DNA of 64,000 bases from an uncultured Hyphomicrobiales bacterium (GTDB lineage: Bacteria; Bacteroidota; Ignavibacteria; Kapaibacteriales; UBA2268). Where the stretch lies: contig CAZXYS010000006.1 in the NCBI GenBank assembly GCA_964645005.1, positions 4,741 to 68,740 on the forward strand. Reading direction: 5' to 3'. The position numbers and the translations under genes are program-made. Below the pieces are notes generated by a model. It made no database searches. It was not told where the DNA came from and was given only the letters and a program-made list of their open reading frames with translations. Every line of letters begins with the position of its first letter. Position 1 is the first letter of the stretch. Below, piece after piece: positions 1 through 9,834 of the stretch.

Positions 1-105
1 TATTATAAGAAAACTATTCTCTTAGAATATTGATTAGGGTGCAATTTACGAAGTGAAATATACTAAATCCTATTATTAAAGAAAGCAAATGAAATTGAAA
101 CTTTA

Positions 106-2157
106 CTAAGTAATTTGTGGTAATATTATTTGTAAATTTAAATTTTTGGTTGGATAGCTGATCATTACCTCATTTGTACCGGAAATTGTATGGTCGATAT
201 CGCCGGAGATAATAAGGTTTTCAACAGACGGTTCTTCACGGATATCAATATCTATCATTTTGTTTCTAACAGGAATGGAACAGTTTGCTTTTTCCATACC
301 TTTTAATAATGACGGCTTTATCAAAATATGATCTTCCTGTGGTCTGAAGCCGATTATGTGATGCATAAACAGCATTATCATTTCTGCCCATATCCACGGT
401 GTTATCCCAACCTGTGGGAAGGGAGGTGATAATTTTTGACCGTACATTTCGAACCACGCAGCGGATTTTCCGCCGGGGAGCGCATTTAGCCAGTTAAGTA
501 TTTCTTCTGCCCGGTCAATTTTTCCGCTTTCAATGCAGGCTCGGGCAATAAATATTGATGGGAAAGTCCAGGCTCCGGGGGAATCCGGCTCGGAACTGAT
601 ATGATAGCGCCCGTAACCACCCGTTTGCCAATCCTGGTTCCAAAGACTTTCCAGACCGAGCAAGGTATTATTCGATAGATCCGAAAGCGGATCTATAAAA
701 TTATATACGATAGGTAGTGCCTGAGATGAATCCGGACAAAGAAAATGTTCCGTATTTTCGAACAAAGGCAGCTTGAATTTTGAGTTTTTAGCCAAAGCCT
801 GAAAGTCTTCGAAAGCCTCTTTATCCGGCTCTATTCTATACTGGATTGCTCCTGATAATTCTCGCCTTTTTATTAATCTATTGTTATTTATCATTGCATA
901 TTTGGGATTTGTCAGCATGTTTTGCTTTAGCTTCTTTGCGAACATTGTCCATCGTTGAGACAATTTATTTTCGGAAAATTTATTTGCAAAAAAAGCTGCT
1001 GCCTGGAGCCCTATCACAGTGAAAATTTGATAAGCCAGTTCAATTCCCGGTTTTATGCCGTGTGCTGAATGACGTTCCCAGAATTCACGGGCGTTGCATA
1101 GCATTCCTGATGGGGCATGATAAAATTCATCCTTCAATGGAAATTCCGCAGCTTTTTTAATAATATCCCAATTTTTTCGGATGATTCCCAAATCCCCTGT
1201 CCAGAGATAATAGGTTTTAAGAGCATATAAGAGTATCCCGTTTTGGTCTAATTCGACATCGTCCGGTTCCCTCTTTACGCCGGAATCGATGGTATCACCG
1301 TCTTTATTTACGAATTCGTTGAGCAGCCTGTTGAGTAGAATAGCAGCTTTTTCGTGGTGTCCGGCTAAAGTCAGCCCCATCGCCATAAAACTGTGATCGC
1401 GGACCCATTCATTGTTATACTGCCAGATGCTGGCGTCGACGATGCCCTTTTGTGATATGGCAGAATATAATTGATGTGATGATGCTCTAAAAAACCTGTT
1501 ACACTTGTCGTCGTGGAGGTCAATTCCGGCGCCTTGTTCCCAGTAGTTTATATAATCTTTGGAAATCTCAGCTTTAAATACCTCAGCTATTTTAACACAT
1601 GTATGTTCTTCATTTAACTTATATTCAAATGTAAATTCTTGCTGACTGTTGGGATGAAACTTTAATTCTCTATGGATAGTATAATCAGTAACGCCGGTCA
1701 TGAGATTAATTTTCACATATTTATCTGCTTTATTATCAATTCTAATATGTCTTATCAAAGCTGCCCCTGTATTATCCCGGCAGTAGAATCTTTCTTCAAA
1801 TTTCAAATTATCATAATTCCAGTTAAGGAGCACTTCGGGATATTCATTTTTGCTCCATTTTGCATTTATTTTTTCAGGAAAGAAGCTTTCATGTCCTTCT
1901 ATGTTGATTGCCAGCATAGTTTTTTCAAAGCCTGAATGAATATCATAGGTAAAAGAATCTCTCTTTTTGGAAAGCTTATCAGGGGGCATTATGATTACAC
2001 CGTACGGGCTGCCTCCTCCCAAGGGGGATATTTGGATAGCTGCTTTGATCAAGCCATTGCCCAGAAAGAAGTAGAAGGCATCTTTAAGTCTCGTGCACGC
2101 ATCGGGATGCCCAACATTCGGATCATCTTCGTAGAAATGTTCGCTTATGTCTATCAT
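106..2157 (-). CDS. Glycoside hydrolase, GH15-like (glucoamylase/trehalase-type (alpha/alpha)6 barrel with N-terminal beta-sandwich)
   Basis: 683 aa ORF. Size and two-domain layout fit bacterial GH15-related proteins. WVRDHSF and GYGRYHISSEPDSPGAWTF regions resemble the GH15 catalytic barrel. Family assignment from memory, not searched. Confidence 0.45.
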   Translation of the reverse strand: MIDISEHFYEDDPNVGHPDACTRLKDAFYFFLGNGLIKAAIQISPLGGGSPYGVIIMPPDKLSKKRDSFTYDIHSGFEKTMLAINIEGHESFFPEKINAKWSKNEYPEVLLNWNYDNLKFEERFYCRDNTGAALIRHIRIDNKADKYVKINLMTGVTDYTIHRELKFHPNSQQEFTFEYKLNEEHTCVKIAEVFKAEISKDYINYWEQGAGIDLHDDKCNRFFRASSHQLYSAISQKGIVDASIWQYNNEWVRDHSFMAMGLTLAGHHEKAAILLNRLLNEFVNKDGDTIDSGVKREPDDVELDQNGILLYALKTYYLWTGDLGIIRKNWDIIKKAAEFPLKDEFYHAPSGMLCNAREFWERHSAHGIKPGIELAYQIFTVIGLQAAAFFANKFSENKLSQRWTMFAKKLKQNMLTNPKYAMINNNRLIKRRELSGAIQYRIEPDKEAFEDFQALAKNSKFKLPLFENTEHFLCPDSSQALPIVYNFIDPLSDLSNNTLLGLESLWNQDWQTGGYGRYHISSEPDSPGAWTFPSIFIARACIESGKIDRAEEILNWLNALPGGKSAAWFEMYGQKLSPPFPQVGITPWIWAEMIMLFMHHIIGFRPQEDHILIKPSLLKGMEKANCSIPVRNKMIDIDIREEPSVENLIISGDIDHTISGTNEVMISYPTKNLNLQIILPQIT

Positions 2158-2297
2158 AATAATTAAATTTGATTAAACTAATTTTAAAAAATTATCGATT
2201 ATTAAATTAATCCTTAAAAGATTAATTTCAATTAGTTATTTTGTAGAATCTATATTATAACAGTATTAAAATAGTAAAACAAAAAAATTTCTTCTAC

Positions 2298-3578
2298 ATG
2301 AAGAAAATAATCAAAAAAATAATGTCTTCGCTGGAAAAGAAATATACGAATTTCATTGAATTCGTGAAACCTTACTCCAAGACAATTTTTATAGACAGCA
2401 CACTTGCAACAATTCTGTGCTTTGCTATAATGTTCGTTTTCCTTAATTTATTTTCTTCAAAATACTTTGAACCGTTCAAAGAAAGTTTCCGTGATTTTCA
2501 GATTACTGATATAACTTATTCGGATTTGAGGGATGATATTAGTGTCCGGGCTGATCCGAATATAGTGCTGATAGACGTCTGGAGATTGAATAAACCGGGG
2601 CTGGCTCAACTGATAAAACGATTGAATGATAACAACCCGGCTGTTGTTGCGATAGATAAGATATTTACAAAAGGGGATAATAAGCTGAATGATCTGGTAT
2701 TAGCTGATGCCCTGAAAAACACCGACAACCTTGTAATGGCATACAGGCTTTCGAATAACTCAGAGGGGGCTAAGTATTATGATGAAATGATAACCAGCGA
2801 TAGCATGTTTATCCAAAATGCCTCTATGGGATATTCAAATCTGATGTTCGGGAAAAACAAGGAAATCTCAACAGTAAGAGAATTTGTACCTAAACATTCT
2901 TTTAAAGGTAAAGAATTATTCTCTTTTGGAGTTCAAACGGCAAAGAATTATAATCCTGCGGTAGTGGAAAATTTATTCAGCAGAAATAAAAACAGAGAAA
3001 TAATAAATTATCGTGCGGATTGGAAGAAATTTACTTTTCTCGAAGGAATCAAAGTCCTCAAGGAAGATGTAGACAGAAATGTTATTGAAGGAAAGATCTT
3101 AATCTTAGGTGATGTAGGCGCTTTCAGAGAATATGAACTCCTCGAGGAATTATATTTCACACCTCTTAACGAGAGAATAGCCGGCAGGACACTGCCGGAT
3201 ATGTCGGGCGTGGAAATACATGCTAATATTGTGTCAATGATAAAAACCGGTGATTATTATGGAGAAATGCCACTTTGGATAGGTTTTTTATTGGCTGTTA
3301 TTTTATGTTATGTAAATATGTGGATTTTTAGTTACATTTGCATTAAGAATAAAACATGGTTCGAGATCAACAGCTTGTTGATCTTTCTCTTGGAATCAGT
3401 AGCATTGTTATATCTTACGGTTCAGATTTTTAACAAATATCATTATCAATGTACTTTTACCATAGCTCTTTTCGCAGTAGCATTATCAGTTTTCATATAC
3501 CAAATTTACAATGAAACATTTAAACCATTTTATCAAAGACTTAGTAATAAATTAAAAAATTCAAAGGTGTCGACATGA
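2298..3578 (+). CDS. CHASE2 extracytoplasmic sensor domain membrane protein without cytoplasmic output domain
   Basis: N-terminal TM, ~300 aa extracytoplasmic domain with the CHASE2-typical GVEIHANIVSMI motif, three C-terminal TM helices and no kinase/cyclase domain. Paralog of 5735-6922. Stop overlaps the next start (ATGA at 3575-3578). Confidence 0.65.
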   Translation: MKKIIKKIMSSLEKKYTNFIEFVKPYSKTIFIDSTLATILCFAIMFVFLNLFSSKYFEPFKESFRDFQITDITYSDLRDDISVRADPNIVLIDVWRLNKPGLAQLIKRLNDNNPAVVAIDKIFTKGDNKLNDLVLADALKNTDNLVMAYRLSNNSEGAKYYDEMITSDSMFIQNASMGYSNLMFGKNKEISTVREFVPKHSFKGKELFSFGVQTAKNYNPAVVENLFSRNKNREIINYRADWKKFTFLEGIKVLKEDVDRNVIEGKILILGDVGAFREYELLEELYFTPLNERIAGRTLPDMSGVEIHANIVSMIKTGDYYGEMPLWIGFLLAVILCYVNMWIFSYICIKNKTWFEINSLLIFLLESVALLYLTVQIFNKYHYQCTFTIALFAVALSVFIYQIYNETFKPFYQRLSNKLKNSKVST

Positions 3579-4561
3579 AAAAATATTTAGTTTTATTTAT
3601 GACAATGTTGTTGACCGCAGCAATAAATATTTTCGCGGCTGAACCTGATTTTAAAGTGCTGGCTTTAAATGGTGAACTTCAAATTAGCAAATCCGGCGGA
3701 AGTTGGGAACCTATTAAATCAAATACGGTGCTGCATGAGAAAGACAAGGTAAAATTGGGAAATAAAGCTTACCTCGGTCTGGTACACTCGAGTGGTAGAA
3801 CAGTGGAATTAAACAAAGAAGGTGTTTTCACCTGCAGGGAATTGAAAAAAATTGCCAATAAAAAAGGCAGTGAATTAACAAAGCGATTAGCAAAGTATGT
3901 CATTGATGAAATCGGCGACGCTGATGATCTCATGGCAACAGATGATTATCATGAATATATGGATGTCACCGGGTCCGTAGAAAGAGGATTGAGCTTAAAT
4001 GAAATTGAAAATATGAAAAAGGAAGCCGATAAAGAGAAAGGTTTCATCCTTGAATCAGGCAGATATATCGTTATGATCTCTCCCAAAAAGACAAGTTTAA
4101 TTGATCCGGAAGCAAGTATTCAGTGGTATGGGATCAAAGGTATAGATGAATATCAAATAACTTTCTACGACAGATTCGAAAGAAAAATTCTATCTGACAC
4201 TATTCAGGATACCGTTTATAATCCGGATATGTCCGGGGATGGTTTTGAACCCAATAAATATTATTTCTATACGGTTGCTGCCGTGAACCATCCAAGTATA
4301 AGATCTGAAGAGTGTGCCTTCACTATTTTAAATGAAGAAGAGCGGGAAATGATTCGCCAGGAACTTCGAAAATTGGAAGAAGAACTGGGTGAAGAAAGAA
4401 CCCCCCTTGAAAATCTTATGATAGCAGCTTTTTATGAGGATCACAAGTTATTTAATAAAGCTGAAAAATATTACCGAAAAGTCGCAATGGAGAATCCTGA
4501 AGTGGATAAATTCCAGGATATCTATAAAGCTTTTAATTATAAAAAAAGTAAAGGATATTGA
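3575..4561 (+). CDS. FecR-like secreted protein with Fn3-like middle and TPR-like C-terminus
   Basis: Signal peptide (MKKYLVLFMTMLLTAAINIFAA). N-terminal region resembles the FecR fold (LALNGELQISKSGGSWEPIKSNTVLHEKDKVKLG...LVHSSGRTVEL). Shares a conserved core with 4610-5689 (KYVIDEIGDADDLM...DYHEYM...GSVER). Confidence 0.5.
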   Translation: MKKYLVLFMTMLLTAAINIFAAEPDFKVLALNGELQISKSGGSWEPIKSNTVLHEKDKVKLGNKAYLGLVHSSGRTVELNKEGVFTCRELKKIANKKGSELTKRLAKYVIDEIGDADDLMATDDYHEYMDVTGSVERGLSLNEIENMKKEADKEKGFILESGRYIVMISPKKTSLIDPEASIQWYGIKGIDEYQITFYDRFERKILSDTIQDTVYNPDMSGDGFEPNKYYFYTVAAVNHPSIRSEECAFTILNEEEREMIRQELRKLEEELGEERTPLENLMIAAFYEDHKLFNKAEKYYRKVAMENPEVDKFQDIYKAFNYKKSKGY

Positions 4562-4609
4562 TCTTTAAACGTAATAATCATATACAAGCAAAAAATATAC
4601 TAAATATTA

Positions 4610-5689
4610 ATGATGCGGGTAAATAAAATGGCTGCAAAATATTTAAAATTAACGATATTTCCGGCTGCAGCAATGGTTTTGTTGATGCTGTTTAACTTAA
4701 GTGATTTAAAAGCTGGGAGTTACGAATTCAGGGCAATTGCTGTGAACGGCGACGTCGATTACAAAACCGGAAGCAGTGGGAACTGGAAAACCCTGAAAGT
4801 CGGTACTGAACTTCAGAAGAGTTACAGTATAAGATTAAAAAGATCATCTTATGCAGGTCTTGTTCATATTTCCGGGAAAACGCGGGAACTTGAAAAGAAT
4901 GGATCATATTCGGTTTCTGAATTGTCAAAACAGGTTTCCGTAAAGGAAAGTGGTCTTAATAAACGATTTACCAAATACGTGATAGACGAAATAAGCGACG
5001 CCGATGATCTAATGAGTTATGGTGATTACCATGATGACATGGGAACTGTCGGTTCGGTGGAAAGAGCGATCGACGAGGACTTCGAAGTTTCCGAAAAAAT
5101 CGGGAAATTAGGGAAAATGGATGATGAGACAAAGTCCTCATTGCGTGATGCCGACAAATTAGTATCATTGAAGAAGGAAATGATCAATATTCGTTTTCCA
5201 AGAAGCAGTTATATTATTGATGAAAAAATAGCTTTTTCGTGGCGTTCACACCCTGAAGTAAAGGAATACAAGTTAGTTATAAAGGATAAGGACAATCATA
5301 CTGTTTTCAGTAAAAAACTCAGAGATACGGCTTTAGCTGTCAATGTTCAGGAAACAGGTATTCAGCCGGGGAAGAATTACTACTGGAAAGTGAAGTCTGA
5401 CAAAATATCATCTTCGGAATACTGTATTTACAGGCACAGTGAAGAAACTTCACCTCAATTATTTGCCGAACTAAAAGAAATGAAAAGTAGTTATGCTACG
5501 GATAGAAGCGCATTGAACAATATAATTATGGCGTCGTTTTACGATGAACACAACATTATGCAGCGAGCTCTGCAATGTTATCAACGCGCTATGAAGTTAT
5601 CCTCCAAAACTAAAGAATATCAGAAGCTATATTCTCTATATTTGGGGCGTATTGGCTTACGTGAAGAAGCAAGAAAATTTGCTCAATGA
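4610..5689 (+). CDS. FecR-like secreted protein, paralog of 3575-4561
   Basis: Signal peptide. KYVIDEISDADDLMSYGDYHDDMGTVGSVER block is shared with the upstream paralog. C-terminal TPR-like helix (MASFYDEHNIMQRALQCYQRAMKL). Confidence 0.5.
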   Translation: MMRVNKMAAKYLKLTIFPAAAMVLLMLFNLSDLKAGSYEFRAIAVNGDVDYKTGSSGNWKTLKVGTELQKSYSIRLKRSSYAGLVHISGKTRELEKNGSYSVSELSKQVSVKESGLNKRFTKYVIDEISDADDLMSYGDYHDDMGTVGSVERAIDEDFEVSEKIGKLGKMDDETKSSLRDADKLVSLKKEMINIRFPRSSYIIDEKIAFSWRSHPEVKEYKLVIKDKDNHTVFSKKLRDTALAVNVQETGIQPGKNYYWKVKSDKISSSEYCIYRHSEETSPQLFAELKEMKSSYATDRSALNNIIMASFYDEHNIMQRALQCYQRAMKLSSKTKEYQKLYSLYLGRIGLREEARKFAQ

Positions 5690-5734
5690 ACTTTATAATC
5701 ATAAATTTCAAAGGGATTTCTAGAATAAACGCTA

Positions 5735-6922
5735 ATGAAGTATATATTTTCATTAAATAACATTATAAGCACTTTATTTGTTTATCTGGTCCTGGCACTT
5801 TTACCGTATTTCTTTGAGATTGATTTCCTCAATCCCATTGAGAATACTCTGGAGTCATTCAGCATTACGGATATGTACTTCTCACAACTGCAAAATCATG
5901 ATGAGATTCCGGTTGATTCGAACATTGTACTTGTTAATATTGGTGATCTTAAGCGTAGAGGTATTGCCAAGCAAATTGAAATAATAAGCCGTTACGATCC
6001 CAAAGTCATTGGCATAGATGCATTTTTCAGAGACGAAAAAGAGCCCATGCAGGATGTTCCTTTAATAAATGCAATTAAAAAATCAGAAAAAATTGTCCTT
6101 GTTACAAAGATAGCCAATTATGATAAGTCCAAGAAAACACATGACACTGTAGAAACATCACATGATAAATTCACCCAATCCGCTTATCAAGGTTACGCAA
6201 ATTTCTACATACCTAAAGATGATTTCCGAACCGTTCGAAAGTTTTCACCCAAAGAAAATCTTCACGATACGCTGCAATATTCATTTGCGGTGGAAGTCGC
6301 CCGTAATTATGATTCCGCTGCAGTTGACAGACTTCTCGAAAGAGATAACGGACTTGAAATAATCAATTTTCGAAGAGGTTACGACAAGTATATTACACTC
6401 AGTACAAAGGATGTTTTCGTTAAAAGAAATGAACTGGATTTTATTAAAGATAAAATTGTGCTGTTGGGATTCATGGGACCGAATCTCATCACACCTACGG
6501 ACGGAGACATATTCTTCACCCCTATGAATGATAATTTTGTCGGCAAAAGCTATCCGGATATGTATGGTGTTGAAGTTCATGCCAATATCATTTCAATGAT
6601 TCTTGACGGCAAATATTTCGAAATGATTCCGGACTGGCTCTCTTTTACTTTAACAATCCTGCTGGTTTATTTCAATATGGCTTTTTTTTCATATTTAAGG
6701 GATAAACGTGAGGGACTATATGAACCAATAAGTATTATTGCGACTTTTGGAGAGTTGATACTTGTATTTCTTTTTATACTCTGGTTCTTTTATTTATTCG
6801 GAATAGAGATAAGAGCCAGCGGAGTGTTTTTCGCTATCATTCTTCTTAAGCAGATCTATGAATTATATAATGATTCGATCAAGCAAATAGCAATAAATTT
6901 TTTCAAGCGAAGATTTCAGTAG
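5735..6922 (+). CDS. CHASE2 sensor domain membrane protein, paralog of 2298-3578, no output domain
   Basis: GVEVHANIISMILDGKYFEMIPDWLSF motif is near-identical to the one in 2298-3578. Same architecture: N-terminal TM, extracytoplasmic domain, C-terminal TM bundle. Confidence 0.65.
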   Translation: MKYIFSLNNIISTLFVYLVLALLPYFFEIDFLNPIENTLESFSITDMYFSQLQNHDEIPVDSNIVLVNIGDLKRRGIAKQIEIISRYDPKVIGIDAFFRDEKEPMQDVPLINAIKKSEKIVLVTKIANYDKSKKTHDTVETSHDKFTQSAYQGYANFYIPKDDFRTVRKFSPKENLHDTLQYSFAVEVARNYDSAAVDRLLERDNGLEIINFRRGYDKYITLSTKDVFVKRNELDFIKDKIVLLGFMGPNLITPTDGDIFFTPMNDNFVGKSYPDMYGVEVHANIISMILDGKYFEMIPDWLSFTLTILLVYFNMAFFSYLRDKREGLYEPISIIATFGELILVFLFILWFFYLFGIEIRASGVFFAIILLKQIYELYNDSIKQIAINFFKRRFQ

Positions 6923-7037
6923 AAGGGGTCTTTTAGAAATATTTTAAAAAAAATCTAATGCCGGTGGAAATAATTCTCTGACTTAATCATTTAGGTAGTA
7001 AAATAAAACACTGATTTTTAAATCAAAGGGTGGTTCT

Positions 7038-7967
7038 ATGGACATTATTGACGGAACATATGTAAGTATTAACAGAAGGCAGCTTTATATCAAACCTGCC
7101 GGCAGAGGCATTCCACCAGTTGTTATCGAACCCGGCTGGGGTAGTCTCTCTGCGGAATGGACATTCCTGCAAAACGATCTTTCGAAATATACATCCGTGA
7201 TCACTTACGATCGCGCGGGCTACGGCGAAAGCGCAGAAGCCAAACAACCAAGAACAAGTGATCAAATAACAGAGGAATTGAATACTCTGCTTGAAAATGC
7301 GCAGGTGCCGATGCCGATAATTTTATTAGGTCATTCGGCAGGTGGTTTCTATGTGCAGCATTTTGCGAGGAAGTATCCTGATAAAGTTGGAGGAGTGGTT
7401 CTGGTGGATTCAATATCGGACAAGGATAAAGAATTTGACAAACTCGATGCGCCAAATTATCAGAAATATGTGTCTGTTCCGGCTCGCATGGAAAATATCA
7501 GGAAATATCTTGATTATGACAAAGATCAATTTGAGCAAATGGCAGCACCGTTTCTTGAGAAACTCTATCCGAACTACCCGGAACCCATCAAAAAGCAACT
7601 TGTCGCTTACCAGACCGATCTGACTTTATATAAAACAATTATAGATGAATATGAAGCTTTTGATGAGAGTATGGAACAGTTACGCAATGCACCGGAATTT
7701 CCTTCAGTTCCTCTGAAAGTATTATCCCGCGATCCGCAGACAATGAAAAAGCTGACTATGGAATTGAATGTACCGGAAGAAGAAGCGCAAAAAGTGGAAG
7801 AACTCTGGCAGAAGCATATAAAAGAGCTTGCTGAGCTGTCTCCCAAGAATGAATTCATCATTGCCGAAGGCACCAGCCATAACATACATCTAGAGAAACC
7901 GGAATTGATAGTTGAGGCGGTTCGTTCGATAATAGATACACATGGAGGAATTTTCGAAATCGGCTAA
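7038..7967 (+). CDS. Alpha/beta-fold hydrolase
   Basis: GHSAGG nucleophile elbow (GxSxG) after an HGG-like oxyanion region. 309 aa. Confidence 0.7.
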   Translation: MDIIDGTYVSINRRQLYIKPAGRGIPPVVIEPGWGSLSAEWTFLQNDLSKYTSVITYDRAGYGESAEAKQPRTSDQITEELNTLLENAQVPMPIILLGHSAGGFYVQHFARKYPDKVGGVVLVDSISDKDKEFDKLDAPNYQKYVSVPARMENIRKYLDYDKDQFEQMAAPFLEKLYPNYPEPIKKQLVAYQTDLTLYKTIIDEYEAFDESMEQLRNAPEFPSVPLKVLSRDPQTMKKLTMELNVPEEEAQKVEELWQKHIKELAELSPKNEFIIAEGTSHNIHLEKPELIVEAVRSIIDTHGGIFEIG

Positions 7968-7990
7968 ATACCGGATACTTGAAAATATAA

Positions 7991-8070
7991 AAAACCCGGG
8001 AACTCAAAAAATCGGTTAGGAATTTTTTAACATAGCGGAATCCACCGATTCACGTCCCGGGTTTTTTATG
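7991..8070. terminator. Bidirectional terminator hairpin between convergent genes
   Basis: aaaaacccggga ... tcccgggtttttt 12-bp stem with flanking A/T runs. The loop has an inner aatcggt/accgatt stem. Lies between the convergent 3' ends at 7967 and 8143. Confidence 0.6.
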
Positions 8071-8142
8071 TACATACTACAAATACACATTACTTTCAAA
8101 AATGTTAGCTTAATTTTTTTATTTTTTTGATATTTTTTCAAT

Positions 8143-9726
8143 TTATTTTTTTAAACAACTCTTTACAATCCTATTTCCCTTGTATTCAAGGGAATAGAAG
8201 TATATTCCATGAGAGATACTCTCGGGTTTCCATGTTTCCACATGCATACCTGCATTTTGAATTCCATCAACGAGAGAATCTATTAATTCTCCGGTTGAAC
8301 TGTATATTTTCAATTTAACATGCGCAGTTTCAGGCAGAGTATATTTAATTGTGGTGAAAGAGTGAAACGGGTTAGGATAGCTTTGGTTCAGTGAAAATTG
8401 TTTCGGTTTTTGTCTGTACTTTACATCAACTACTGAAGTATCTAAATAAGGTGCTGCTATAACAGATGCCCTGCCGCCCAGCAGTGATGTGAAAACCGGA
8501 TATATTCTGCCGTTATAAGCAGCAATGTTATTATAATCACCTAAAAAGATCTGATCTTTAGCCTGGAAGGATTCCTCGCTTATCCTGAAATTTTCAAATG
8601 TTTCTCCGCCGTCGGTCGAGCGTGCAACAAATACATCTGTGTAGTTCTGCATTGACTTGCTATCGGCATAGTAAATAAAGTAAAGAAAACCGGTGTAGGG
8701 ATCGACATCCATCCAGCTCAGGAACTGGTGACCATCGGTTTCTTCGTGGATTATTTTGATATCACTCCACGTATCGCCGCCGTCCGTGGATTTAATAAGA
8801 TAAGCGTCAGTATCATCCGTTCCTTTCCTTTGATCGGTAAAATTGACGTAGATAGTACCTCTGTAGGGTGAATCGCTAATGTCACACTTGATTACCGGCA
8901 TACCGTTACATCTCCGGAAGCCGGGAACGTCGTACCACCAGCCGCCGGGTTGTTTTGCAATTATTTTGTCTTTGCCAAAGGTCTCTCCCCCGTCGGTGGA
9001 CATATCAAAATATAAATTTTCGTGTCCAGCCCAGCAGATATACACTTCTCCATTTATACCGACAACAGATACAGCACCTTCCATAGCTTCGTCGCCGTCC
9101 CTTGGGCTTCCAACCGTATCACTTATAACAATCGGTTCTTTCCAGCTTTTGCCGTGATCATCCGAATATGAGAACAAAATGCGAGTATGATGTGATGGAT
9201 CGGGTGTTTGACCAGGGAAGTAATACTTGTCAAACTCCGTCCAACTTAGATATAATCTGTCACTGAACTTGGAATCCGTCATGTCACATGTTATCCATTC
9301 CTTGTCGTGATCGGTAGATCTATCAGCCCCAATGCCGGTTCCGTCATCCCAGGTTATGCCGCCGTCCGTGGATTTCTGAATGACCATTCTATCTAACCAT
9401 GTTGGTCCGGGGACACCGGATAAATGCGCATAATACAAATTTCCCTTACTGTCGAAGGTAAGACTTGGATCACCCCAAACGCCGTAAGTGCTCTCCAGCT
9501 TTTCCTGTGTCCAGCTTTGTCCGGCGTCAAACGAAAAGAAATAGCCATGCAAGTTGGCGCCTGCTGCTATATTATCCGGGTCGGTGGGATTGACGGCAAC
9601 TGATACTTCATTGCCAAATCCCATGTGGATGTTATTAATCTGGGAATAGATCTGAATTGAATAGATGAAGGTAAGTAATATAACTGAAGTGTATTTAATA
9701 ATTTGATTCATTTTGTTTGTTTCCAC
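8143..9726 (-). CDS. BNR/Asp-box repeat beta-propeller protein (sialidase/glycosidase-like) with T9SS C-terminal sorting domain
   Basis: Five S-x-D-x-G-x-T-W/F Asp-box repeats (STDGGITW, SDDHGKSW, STDGGETF, STDGGDTW, STDGGETF). Signal peptide. C-terminal SYPNPFHSFTTIKYTL...GIYFYSLEY block is typical of Por/T9SS CTDs. Confidence 0.7.
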   Translation of the reverse strand: METNKMNQIIKYTSVILLTFIYSIQIYSQINNIHMGFGNEVSVAVNPTDPDNIAAGANLHGYFFSFDAGQSWTQEKLESTYGVWGDPSLTFDSKGNLYYAHLSGVPGPTWLDRMVIQKSTDGGITWDDGTGIGADRSTDHDKEWITCDMTDSKFSDRLYLSWTEFDKYYFPGQTPDPSHHTRILFSYSDDHGKSWKEPIVISDTVGSPRDGDEAMEGAVSVVGINGEVYICWAGHENLYFDMSTDGGETFGKDKIIAKQPGGWWYDVPGFRRCNGMPVIKCDISDSPYRGTIYVNFTDQRKGTDDTDAYLIKSTDGGDTWSDIKIIHEETDGHQFLSWMDVDPYTGFLYFIYYADSKSMQNYTDVFVARSTDGGETFENFRISEESFQAKDQIFLGDYNNIAAYNGRIYPVFTSLLGGRASVIAAPYLDTSVVDVKYRQKPKQFSLNQSYPNPFHSFTTIKYTLPETAHVKLKIYSSTGELIDSLVDGIQNAGMHVETWKPESISHGIYFYSLEYKGNRIVKSCLKK

Positions 9727-9834
9727 TATAATATTTTTTTAGTCAAAATAATGATATTCTGATAAAAAAGGAAATAAAAAAGCCGGTAGAAATTAATCGC
9801 CGGCTTTAATTCATATAATTTGATTTAATAAAGA

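Noticed and set aside
5778-6580. Several short ORFs (5778-5984, 6162-6362, 6281-6580) within the second CHASE2 gene
   Set aside because: Overlapping alternative frames of a well-supported CDS.
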